Origin: an uncultured Tessaracoccus sp.
Lineage (GTDB): Bacteria; Actinomycetota; Actinomycetes; Propionibacteriales; Propionibacteriaceae
Assembly: GCA_964588895.1 (NCBI GenBank)
Contig: CAZPSO010000001.1
Coordinates: 1-32,791, forward strand
DNA length: 32,791 nucleotides
Direction of reading: 5' to 3'
The position numbers and the translations under genes are program-made. The notes below the pieces were generated by a model that saw only the letters and a program-made list of their open reading frames with translations, was not told the origin of the DNA and made no database searches. Below are positions 10,037-18,414 of this stretch, in pieces (positions within the stretch are counted from its first letter, which is position 1; every line of letters begins with the position of its first letter).

Positions 10037-11149
10037 ATGACTGAAAAGACCCTGCCCAACATCGACGTTCTCGACAGCGAATTCATCGACCAGGCCCTGA
10101 ACACCCCCGGTCCCTGGGTGTCCATCTTTCTACCCACCTACCGCACCGGCCGCGAGACGCTGATGGCGCGAGACCAGTTCAGCAATCTGCTGGGCCTGGC
10201 GGAGAAAAGGCTGCAGGACGCAGGTCATGAGGACGTCGACGGGCTCCTCACGCAGGCACGGGAGCTGACGCAGAGCTGGGACTTCTGGCAGAACCAGTCC
10301 GACGGGTTGGCGGTCTACATTGCGCCCGGCGTCTTTCGCACGTTCAAGCTTCCCATGGCGCTGCCCGACGAGGCCCACGTCGGCGACCACCCACGCTTCC
10401 ATCCAGTGGCCGAACTGCTCTCCGACCGCGGCACGTTCTACGTTCTGGCGTTGGCCACCAACTCCGTGCGGCTGCTGGAGGGCACGCGAGCATCGATCGG
10501 TGAGCTCGCGCTTGCCGACGCCCCGGACTCGGCCGACGACCTCGCGGGTGACCGCGATCCCCAGGCCCAGCTCCAGCATTCGCCGCAATCGCGCGGAGGT
10601 GGCATCGCGAACTTCCATGGGCACGGGGGCGACGACCACGTGGCCGAGCAGAATGATGAGCGCTTCTTCCGCGCCGTCGCCGGCTCCGTCGACGCGGTCA
10701 TGGGCCGCACCGTGGAGCACCCCCTGGTCCTGGCCACCGTGGAGACCAACCAGGCGCGGTACCGGCAGGTCAGCAACCACCGCCAGTTGCTCGACGACAT
10801 CGTCACCGGCAATCCCGAGCACCTGAATCCCCAGCAGCTGCACGAAAAGGCGTGGCCCATCGTCAGCGAGTTCACCCGCCAGGCCGACCACGAGCTGACG
10901 GAGCGTTACGGCGCACTGATCGGTACCGGCAAGGCCAGTGCCGACGTGGCCCTGATCGGCAAGGCAGCCCTGGAGGGGCGCGTCGATGTTCTGATCCTGG
11001 GCCCCGAGCCCACCGCGCCCGATGGCCAGGCCAATCTGGTGGAGGACCCCGTGGATGAGCTCATCGCCCACACCCTGCGCAACAGCGGCTCCATCATCAC
11101 GGTCGACGACGAGGAAGCCCCGGAGGTCCGGGCCATCTTCCGCTACTGA
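10037..11149 (+). CDS. baeRF (bacterial archaeo-eukaryotic release factor, family 3/7-like) protein
   Basis: GPWVSIFLPT, FWQNQSDGLAVY, FYVLALATNSVRL, LVLA, AALEGRVDVL, C-terminal RAIFRY; GAGAGGA RBS. Confidence 0.8.
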   Translation: MTEKTLPNIDVLDSEFIDQALNTPGPWVSIFLPTYRTGRETLMARDQFSNLLGLAEKRLQDAGHEDVDGLLTQARELTQSWDFWQNQSDGLAVYIAPGVFRTFKLPMALPDEAHVGDHPRFHPVAELLSDRGTFYVLALATNSVRLLEGTRASIGELALADAPDSADDLAGDRDPQAQLQHSPQSRGGGIANFHGHGGDDHVAEQNDERFFRAVAGSVDAVMGRTVEHPLVLATVETNQARYRQVSNHRQLLDDIVTGNPEHLNPQQLHEKAWPIVSEFTRQADHELTERYGALIGTGKASADVALIGKAALEGRVDVLILGPEPTAPDGQANLVEDPVDELIAHTLRNSGSIITVDDEEAPEVRAIFRY

Positions 11150-11301
11150 GCGCCGCTCCTTCTGCGTCCGGCCTGCCACCGCGGTGTGGCCAGCGTCCCA
11201 CGTGCCTGGCAGCGATCCGATCGCTGACACCAGCACTGCTCGCTGGCACGACCCTCTGCCGTCGAGGCCGGTGCATCATTGCGGCTCGGCCGCACAAGGG
11301 T

Positions 11302-11336
11302 GAGGGCCTGATCAAGTATGAGTTGATCAGGCCCTC
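11302..11336. repeat. Hairpin copy 1 (14-bp stem, GTATGAG loop)
   Basis: GAGGGCCTGATCAA-GTATGAG-TTGATCAGGCCCTC. Confidence 0.85.
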
Positions 11337-11350
11337 GTCGATCCGGGAAA

Positions 11351-11615
11351 GGCGACTTCCCGAACCAGAAGGACATTCGGGTATTCCTCGCCTGCGTCGC
11401 CCCGCGGGCCCCGTGTGCCGCAGCACCCGGGAAGGAGGAAGTGGAACTGGTCCTTCCACGCGATCTTTCCAGGGACGACCTCGAAAGATCCGGATGGGGG
11501 TTCTGGGCCCCATCGTCTCGTCTCGACGAATCTGCGGATCTCTCCGCAGGAAGGGCTTCGATGCTCCCGTCCACGTGACGCAGGGAAGCGACCCCGCTGC
11601 CAAGGACGAGTCGCC
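11351..11615. ncRNA. Candidate structured RNA (unassigned)
   Basis: Nested long-range stems enclosing four near-abutting 6-8 bp hairpins; no credible CDS; no match to a family I recognise. Confidence 0.3.
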
Positions 11616-11917
11616 ATGTCATCCACCCGCCGCCTGCGGGCCTGCGAGTTTCCCCGCGGTAGGGATGTCGGATTGACCGTCCTCCGCGCTTCCCGAAAGA
11701 AGTGCGTAGACAGATTCTCACGCACTTCGCGAATGATTGCAGGGATTCCGGAGAAACCATTCCGATCGCCTCAATCGCCTCGGCGTGTCGCCTTGACCCC
11801 CATCGCCACCGCCCCTTCAAGACCTGCGGTGTCGCCTCGGGGGTGCGAGCACTCGCGGGCAAGGGCGTGTCGCTGCGGGCCCGGCCATCGCGCAGCCGGT
11901 GGAATGGGGGGACGAGT

Positions 11918-11942
11918 CCGGACCACGTATGAGGTGGTCCGG
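11918..11942. repeat. Hairpin copy 2 (9-bp stem, GTATGAG loop)
   Basis: CCGGACCAC-GTATGAG-GTGGTCCGG; homologous to copy 1 with compensatory changes. Confidence 0.85.
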
Positions 11943-12042
11943 CCTTTGCTTCTCCCGCCGATGGCCCCCCGGGGCCGACAAACCCTGATGCCTGACGTGA
12001 CGCCCCGGTAGTATTGCCTGCCCCGGCGACGCGAAAGGGACG

Positions 12043-13728
12043 ATGATGGAGCACACGACCACCGAATCCCACGCCATCCCCACCTCTCATCTCATGCCCG
12101 ACGAGGTCACCGGTGGAGACCTCCTCGTGGAGGTGATGCGTGCTGCCGGGCTCGAGGTGGCCTTCGGGGTGGTCAGCATCCACAACCTCCCCCTGGTGGA
12201 GGCGATCGACCGCGAGCTGCGGTTCGTTCCCGTCCGCCACGAGGCTGCAGCGGTCAACGCAGCCGACGGGTACGCGCGGGCCAGCGGGGGAATCGGCGTC
12301 GCCATCACCTCCACGGGCACGGGAGCCGGAAACGCCGCTGGTTCCATGCTGGAGGCCCTCACCGCTTCGAGCCGCGTGCTCCACATCACCGGCAACATCA
12401 ACGTCGATCTCATCGGCGAGGGGAAGGGCGCCTACCACGAGGTCCCACGGCAACTGGACATGCTGCGGTCGGTCTCGGCCCACGCGATGCGCATCCAGAC
12501 CGCCCGTCAGGCTCGCGCCGTGCTCACCGACGCCCTGCGAGCGCTGGCAACTGCCCCCTTCGGCCCGGTCAGCGTGGACTGGCCCATCGACCTGCAATAC
12601 ACGGCCAAGCCCGACGATCAGAACATGGTGGACGATCGCCAGCCCCAGACCCCCTCCGGCAGCCGGCGTGACATCCGGCGCGCCGCGAGGATCATGGGCG
12701 AGGCGCGTCGCCCCCTCATCTGGGCCGGCGGCGGGGCTCGGACGCTCGGCAAGCCCTTGCGGAAGCTGGCCGAGGCATGGGGCGCCGGGATCCTCACCGG
12801 GGCCAATGGACGCGGTTGCGTCGCGGAGGACCATCCCCTGTGCATCGGCAACTTCGCAGCGGACGAAATGCTGGAGGATCTCCTGGCCGACGCCGACTGC
12901 CTGCTGACCGTCGGCAGCCACCTGCGCGGCAACGAGACCCGCGACTTCGAGCTCCCGCTGCCCGCCACGCACATTCAGATCGACCTGGATGCCGAGGCCC
13001 TGGGCCGAAACTATCCCGTCACCGTCGGCCTCCGGGGCAACGCCGTCGCCGTCGTCCCTGCGCTCCTCGAGGAACTCGATGCCCCCATGACGGACCCGGA
13101 CTGGGGCCAGCGCGTCGCGAAGTCGGCCCGCGCGGCCCGCAAGGCGCACCGCAAGGACATCGGAGCCTACGCGGCCATCTGCGACGCCATGCGCGCACGG
13201 CTACCGCGCCGGTCCCCCATCGTGCGTGACGTCAGTATCCCGGGCAGTTCATGGGGCAACCGCCTCCTGGCTGTCCACCACCCGAGCGACAACATCTACG
13301 CTGCCGGCGGGGGCATCGGGCAGGGTCTCGCCATGTCGATCGGAGCGGGGATTGCCCGCCCGGAGGTACCGGTCCTGGCCATGGTCGGGGACGGCGGTCT
13401 GGCCGTCCACCTGGGCGAACTGGCAGTGCTGGCCGGCGAGTCGCCGAACGTCGTGGTGGTGCTGTTCAACGACGCCGGGTACGGGGTGCTGCGCAACATG
13501 CAGACCGCACGGGATGCCACGAAGCGGGGCGTCGACCTGCACACTCCGGATTTCGCGCTGCTGGCGGAAGGCTTCGGGCTGCGCCACAAGCGCGTGAAAA
13601 CTCCGGAGGCATTCGACAAGGCGCTCAGGAAGGCCATCGCGCGCGGCGGCCCCTCCATCATCGAGATCGACGTGCCGGCGCTTCGACCCCGCCCGGCCGA
13701 CATGGTCCCGCCCACCAGCGTCCCCTGA
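12043..13728 (+). CDS. Thiamine-pyrophosphate-dependent enzyme (acetolactate synthase-like)
   Basis: VRHEAAAVNAADGYAR, TSTGTG, GDGG...NDAGYG TPP motif; GAAAGGGA RBS (start 12043 or 12046). Confidence 0.92.
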   Translation: MMEHTTTESHAIPTSHLMPDEVTGGDLLVEVMRAAGLEVAFGVVSIHNLPLVEAIDRELRFVPVRHEAAAVNAADGYARASGGIGVAITSTGTGAGNAAGSMLEALTASSRVLHITGNINVDLIGEGKGAYHEVPRQLDMLRSVSAHAMRIQTARQARAVLTDALRALATAPFGPVSVDWPIDLQYTAKPDDQNMVDDRQPQTPSGSRRDIRRAARIMGEARRPLIWAGGGARTLGKPLRKLAEAWGAGILTGANGRGCVAEDHPLCIGNFAADEMLEDLLADADCLLTVGSHLRGNETRDFELPLPATHIQIDLDAEALGRNYPVTVGLRGNAVAVVPALLEELDAPMTDPDWGQRVAKSARAARKAHRKDIGAYAAICDAMRARLPRRSPIVRDVSIPGSSWGNRLLAVHHPSDNIYAAGGGIGQGLAMSIGAGIARPEVPVLAMVGDGGLAVHLGELAVLAGESPNVVVVLFNDAGYGVLRNMQTARDATKRGVDLHTPDFALLAEGFGLRHKRVKTPEAFDKALRKAIARGGPSIIEIDVPALRPRPADMVPPTSVP

Positions 13729-13846
13729 TCCGCGATCTGTGCCACCGGGCACGCTGCAGGGTTCACCAGCAGTCTTGCGAGATTCGCGTCATCACAATCG
13801 GCCGCTCCGGCCACTCCTGGGCCGCAGGCAAGAGTACCTTCACGAC

Positions 13847-14848
13847 ATGGATCTTCTCGTGTTGGGTGGCACCGGCTTCCTGGGCCGCGTCGTGGCCACC
13901 CAGGCCAGAGACCGCGGATTCAACCTCACTTGTCTGGCACGCGGCACCCGGCCCCCCGTCGACGGCGTCACCCTGGTGCGCGCCGACCGCCAGAACGATG
14001 ATGCCCTGCAGGCTGTGGGCGAGCGCACCTGGGATGCGGTGATCGACCTCACCAGCACACCCGGCCACGCCCGTCGCGCGGTACGCGATCTCCACGCGGG
14101 GCACTGGGTGTTCGTGTCCACCGCCAACGTCTACACGCAGGCGGACCGGCCCGAACAGGACGAGGGTTCCCCCGTCCACGAGCCCATGACCGGGGACACC
14201 ATGGACGACATGAGTCTTTACGGCCCCGCGAAGGTAGCCTGCGAGGTTGCCATCCGTGCAGGGACCGAGAGTCACACCATCGTTCGGGCTGGCTTGATCG
14301 GGGGCGACGGCGACACCTCGGCACGCTCCGGCTACTACCCGTGGAGGTTCGCCCATCCCACCGGTACCGACGTGCTCGTGCCGCCTGACCTGGCGTTCCC
14401 GGTGGCCATGATCGATGCGCAAGACCTGGCAGCCTGGATCCTCGACTGCGTACAGGAGCGCATCCACGGCACCTTCAACGCCACGGGAGCGACAACCACA
14501 CTGGGCGAGGTACTGGAGGCCTCATGTGCCGTTGCCCGGAGCGAGGCGGTGGTGCGTCCCGTGCCGGCCGACGTCCTCGCTGAGGCTGGCATCGCGCCAT
14601 GGATGGGTCCGGCTTCCCTGCCGCTGTGGATCGACGACCCATCGCTTCGCTGGTTCTCCACGCTCGAGACCACGGCAGCACGCAACAACGGGCTGCGCAC
14701 CCGACCGCTGCGCGAGACACTGGGGGCGGCGCTTGCCTACGAGGAGTCCCGTGAGCAGCCGCGACCGTGTGGCCTCACAGACGACGAGGAGCGCGCTCTC
14801 CGGGCGCGACTCGAGCGGCGACCTCAAGGAAGGTGGAGCCAACCATGA
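13847..14848 (+). CDS. NAD-dependent epimerase/dehydratase (isoflavone-reductase-like)
   Basis: LGGTGFLG, YGPAKVACE, RAGLIGG, IDAQDLA, LPLW; TACCTT -10 element 6 nt before ATG. Confidence 0.87.
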   Translation: MDLLVLGGTGFLGRVVATQARDRGFNLTCLARGTRPPVDGVTLVRADRQNDDALQAVGERTWDAVIDLTSTPGHARRAVRDLHAGHWVFVSTANVYTQADRPEQDEGSPVHEPMTGDTMDDMSLYGPAKVACEVAIRAGTESHTIVRAGLIGGDGDTSARSGYYPWRFAHPTGTDVLVPPDLAFPVAMIDAQDLAAWILDCVQERIHGTFNATGATTTLGEVLEASCAVARSEAVVRPVPADVLAEAGIAPWMGPASLPLWIDDPSLRWFSTLETTAARNNGLRTRPLRETLGAALAYEESREQPRPCGLTDDEERALRARLERRPQGRWSQP

Positions 14849-15020
14849 CAACCCATCTCCTTGGTGGGCGATGACATCGCCGAAAAGGTGGCCGCTCTCG
14901 TCGCGGACGTCTCGGGCCAATCGGGCGACCAACCCGGAGGGGTTAGCCACTCACTGCAGCGACCGCGCCTACGGCGCGGCCCACGTCACGCGGACGGTGG
15001 TTTGAGCCAGGCCTCACCAA

Positions 15021-15422
15021 CTACAAGCCTGGGTACGGGCCCGCCTGTTCCGGAACCCCAGGCGGCTGGACGGCCTCGGCGAGTCCCTTGGGGGCTTGGA
15101 TCAGGTAGGACTCGGTGAGCAACTCCTCCACTTCTTCCCAATCGGTCGCCTCATGGAGCAGCAACCCCACCGAGTTTCCGCCCACTACGAAGTAGGGCTC
15201 CCCCATGGCCTCGAAGGCCAGGACCTCATCCGGGGGGGCTCGAAACGTGAGGCGGTACAACTGGTCATGGCCGCCGAAGATGTGCGCCACCGTCGCGCCG
15301 CAAACGCGCCAGCGCGTGCCCGTCCAGGCGGGCTCGTCCTCGCACTGTGGGAAAGCGCGCAGGATCCCGTCCACCCGCTCCACCCACTGCTCGGGAACTT
15401 CAGGACGACTCTGCGCAGCCAT
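15021..15422 (-). CDS. MmcQ/YjbR-family protein
   Basis: AWTGTRWRV, TDWEEVEELLTESYLIQAPKGLA; CACAAT -10 element 6 nt before ATG 15422. Confidence 0.85.
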   Translation of the reverse strand: MAAQSRPEVPEQWVERVDGILRAFPQCEDEPAWTGTRWRVCGATVAHIFGGHDQLYRLTFRAPPDEVLAFEAMGEPYFVVGGNSVGLLLHEATDWEEVEELLTESYLIQAPKGLAEAVQPPGVPEQAGPYPGL

Positions 15423-15506
15423 ATCCAGATTGTGCCACGCCAGGGCGCCCGGCTCCGCGTTCAAAAGGGCCGGTGCCTGCCTCGACGCGGGACGCCTCAA
15501 GGGACG

Positions 15507-15556
15507 TTCTCCACAGGGTTATCCACCACGTGTGCACAACTTACGCCCGTGTAATT
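15507..15556. promoter_or_regulatory. Second DnaA-box cluster with TTAC-N6-GTAA palindrome
   Basis: TTCTCCACA, TTATCCACC, rc TTGTGCACA, followed by TTAC-GCCCGT-GTAA. Confidence 0.6.
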
Positions 15557-15572
15557 CTCAGAGGCTTCTCAG
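15556..15572 (+). promoter_or_regulatory. MprA-type direct repeat
   Basis: TCTCAG-AGGCT-TCTCAG, matching the mycobacterial MprA hexamer repeat with 5-nt spacer. Confidence 0.6.
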
Positions 15573-15630
15573 ACCAGAGCGCCCTTGATCGGGGGCGATA
15601 GGATCGATCCGTTTCCGACGAGAGGCCCCC

Positions 15631-16731
15631 ATGTCCGTTCTGTCGACGTCCCTGCAGCTCGGGAGCCTGACACTTCCCAACCGGGTGATCATGGCTCCAC
15701 TGACCCGCAGCAGGGCCGGGCGGGACCGGGTTCCGACCCAGCTCATGGCCCGGTACTACACCCAGCGAGCGGGAGCGGGCCTCATCCTCACGGAAGCGAC
15801 CTCGATCAGTCCACGTGCCGTTGGGTACCTCGGGACGCCTGGCATCTGGAGCGTCGAGCAGGTGCGCGGATGGGCGCGGATCACCGACGCCGTCCACGCC
15901 GCGGGCGGGCGGATCTCCCTGCAGTTGTGGCACGTGGGGCGGATTTCCGACCCCGAGTTGCTGGGCGGCGCCCTGCCTGTGGCACCGAGCCCGGTCAAGC
16001 CGTCCGGGCGGGTGGCCCGCCTGCGGCCACTCCGCGAGTACGTGACTCCCCATCCCCTCTCCACCGCGGAGGTGCGCGGGGTCGTCACGGACTACCGGAA
16101 CGCGGCTGCCAACGCCCGGCGGGCCGGCTTCGACGGCGTGGAGGTCCACGGCGCCAACGGCTACCTCATCGACCAGTTCCTGCGCAGCGCCACCAACCAT
16201 CGCGGTGACGGCTACGGCGGCGCCGTCGCAAAGCGGACGCGCTTCCTCGAGGAGATCGTCGGGGCGATCATGCAGGAGTGGGATGCTCAGCGAATCGGTG
16301 TTCACCTGAGCCCCCGGCGGAGCGAGTCGATCATGGGTGATCCTGATGCCGGGGAGGTCTACCCGCACGTCGCCGGTCGGCTCGCAGGCATGGGGGTCGG
16401 TTACCTGTTCGTGCGGGAGAGCGAGCGTGAGGACAGCCTCCTGGACACCATGAAGAGGGCGTTTAGCGGTCCCGTCATCGCCAACGACTCGATGGGCATC
16501 GCCGATGGTGAACGCCTCGTCGAGCAGGGCAGCGCCGACGCCGTCGCCTTCGGTCGCGACTACATCGCCAACCCGGATCTGGCCGAACGAATCGCACTCG
16601 GGGCGCCGCTGAACACACCCGATACGACGACGTTCTACCCGCCGGTGGATCGCCCCTTCGAGGACTATGCGAAGGGCTACGTGGACTACCCTGCGCTGGC
16701 GCTCGAATCGTCGCTCGTCCCGGGCACCTGA
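15631..16731 (+). CDS. Old-yellow-enzyme alkene reductase (NemA/XenB-like)
   Basis: MAPLTRSRA, YYTQRA, LQLWHVGR, EVHGANGYLIDQF, FGRDYIANPDL, GYVDYP. Confidence 0.95.
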   Translation: MSVLSTSLQLGSLTLPNRVIMAPLTRSRAGRDRVPTQLMARYYTQRAGAGLILTEATSISPRAVGYLGTPGIWSVEQVRGWARITDAVHAAGGRISLQLWHVGRISDPELLGGALPVAPSPVKPSGRVARLRPLREYVTPHPLSTAEVRGVVTDYRNAAANARRAGFDGVEVHGANGYLIDQFLRSATNHRGDGYGGAVAKRTRFLEEIVGAIMQEWDAQRIGVHLSPRRSESIMGDPDAGEVYPHVAGRLAGMGVGYLFVRESEREDSLLDTMKRAFSGPVIANDSMGIADGERLVEQGSADAVAFGRDYIANPDLAERIALGAPLNTPDTTTFYPPVDRPFEDYAKGYVDYPALALESSLVPGT

Positions 16732-16738
16732 GACGCCC

Positions 16739-17584
16739 CTATCCGCCGGCTGGCGGCAGGCCCAGCTCCTCGAGGAGCGCCGGCAGGTATCCGGACAGGT
16801 AACCGTGGCGGTTGGGATGCAGGTTCCCCGTGGCGCCGAGGTTGTCCATGTCCAGGTTGATCCACGGATCCTCCGAGCCCAGTCCGTGCCCCGCGAACCG
16901 GTCAGTCACGTCGACGAATGTGGCTCCCGACGCCTCCGCTGCATGGCGCAGGGCCGCGTTCAGTTGGTCGGTCATCCGATTCAACTGCAGCGCGCGCCCC
17001 GGCGAGATGGGCAGACGGCGGGGCTGGGGGTCGAGCAGATGCGGATACCCGAGCACCACCACCCGACCCGGGCTGGCCGTTGCGATCTGGGCCAGCGTGT
17101 CACTCGCGGCGTCTGCAGCAGTGCCGATCCGCGCAGCCGTTTGCCGCAACGCAACCTCGCACAAGTCCTCCGAGCTGAAGGTGGAACAGGCCACGATGGT
17201 CTGGACCCATGCCAGGTCGTTGCCTCCGATGGTGAGGGTGACGACGTCGGCGCGGGACAGCGCGTCGCTGACCATGGCCTCATCAAGTACTGCACTGATG
17301 CCGGCGCTGTCCAACCCGCTGCAGGCAGCATCCACCAGAACGGTGGCCTGCGGGTGGGCGTCGAGTTCCGAGATGTGGTTGGGGCCGTCGCCCTGGAGGC
17401 AGTGGGGGCGGACGGACAGCGAGGTCACCTCCCCGCTGCCGATGCCAGCCGAGAACGAATCCCCCAGGTTGACCACGTCGTAGGACGTCGGTGAAGAGCA
17501 GGCGGTCACGGCTGCCGCCACCACGAACGCACCGAGGGCCCCAGCCAGTCTGGCACGGAGACGGCCGGTAACCGGTGGGGGCAT
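16739..17584 (-). CDS. SGNH/GDSL hydrolase, predicted lipoprotein
   Basis: Lipobox AVTAC, GDSFSAG, ACSG, TIGGND, GYP, LHPN. Confidence 0.88.
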   Translation of the reverse strand: MPPPVTGRLRARLAGALGAFVVAAAVTACSSPTSYDVVNLGDSFSAGIGSGEVTSLSVRPHCLQGDGPNHISELDAHPQATVLVDAACSGLDSAGISAVLDEAMVSDALSRADVVTLTIGGNDLAWVQTIVACSTFSSEDLCEVALRQTAARIGTAADAASDTLAQIATASPGRVVVLGYPHLLDPQPRRLPISPGRALQLNRMTDQLNAALRHAAEASGATFVDVTDRFAGHGLGSEDPWINLDMDNLGATGNLHPNRHGYLSGYLPALLEELGLPPAGG

Positions 17585-17800
17585 GGAGGGCCTTTCGAAG
17601 TCGTTCGACGCGTGGCCCGGGCACCGGGCCGCGAAAGCTGTGGCACGCCTCCAGCGTAGGCGTGGTAGCCAAGCTCGGCATCGTGGCCGGGCGTCGCGAC
17701 CGCGCGGGCCAGGTGGCTCTGGGTGCGCATCGGAGACCGACGTCCATGCGAACTGCCGGTCGTGGTTGACTGGAGGTCACAACGTGAGAGGTTCACCAAG

Positions 17801-18298
17801 ATGCAAAACAAGCGCAAGCGCACGTCGTACCTGAAGGCAGCAGGGGTGGTCGCCGCCACCGCCGTGGCTGGCAGCATCGCCACCGACCCCGATACCGGTT
17901 GGTACAAGTCCCTCGACAAGCCGTCGTGGCAGCCACCCAGCTGGCTGTTTCCCGTCGCGTGGACTGCGCTCTACGCCAGCATCGCCGTTGTCTCCGGCAA
18001 GGTCCTGGCGGCCACGGACTCCGGAAGCGAGGCCGACGCGGACAGGCACGAGGAGTACAAGAAGGCGCTCCTGGTCAACCTGGCGCTCAACGCCGGTTGG
18101 AGCTTCACATTCTTCAGGGCCAAGAAGCTCGGGCTGGCGAGCGTCGTGGCGGGCGCGCTGGCGAGCAGCTCGTCGCAGTTGGCCAACCTGGCGGGCAAGC
18201 AGGACCCGAAGCTGAAGCTCGCCCTCACGCCCTACTCCGCATGGACCGCGTTCGCCACCGCGCTGACCACTGACATCTGGCGACGCAACCGCGACTGA
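17801..18298 (+). CDS. tspO: TspO/MBR-family protein
   Basis: WYKSLDKPSWQPPSWLFPVAWTALY, LNAGWSFTFF, PYSAWTAFA. Confidence 0.93.
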   Translation: MQNKRKRTSYLKAAGVVAATAVAGSIATDPDTGWYKSLDKPSWQPPSWLFPVAWTALYASIAVVSGKVLAATDSGSEADADRHEEYKKALLVNLALNAGWSFTFFRAKKLGLASVVAGALASSSSQLANLAGKQDPKLKLALTPYSAWTAFATALTTDIWRRNRD

Positions 18299-18414
18299 GG
18301 GGGCCGCCGTGGCGCCGGGTTCAGGGGGCACGAACCACCGCAGCATCGCCGCGGTGAGGTCACTATGCCCTCACCAGCCCCGGTAAGCGGTACTTCGCGC
18401 ACCGGGGGCCGAAC

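Noticed and set aside
11302-11942. CRISPR array
   Set aside because: Only two repeats, 611 bp apart, and no cas genes.
11323-12011. ORF-track proteins in the large intergenic gap
   Set aside because: Arg/Pro/Gly-rich GC-frame artefacts with no recognisable motifs or RBS.
11150-12042. TPP or cobalamin riboswitch, RNase P, tmRNA, or group II intron domain V
   Set aside because: No CTGAGA/ACCTGAT TPP core, no ordered B12-box elements, no RNase P signature; GTATGAGGTG resembles domain V but GAGCC...ACGGTTC is missing.
11143-13149. Long antisense ORFs (668 aa here; also 24096-25826, 21034-22581, 30083-32149)
   Set aside because: Shadow frames opposite well-supported high-GC genes.
14849-15020. 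Possible gene remnant between convergent genes
   Set aside because: Short protein-like stretches on both strands, but no recognisable family, start or RBS.
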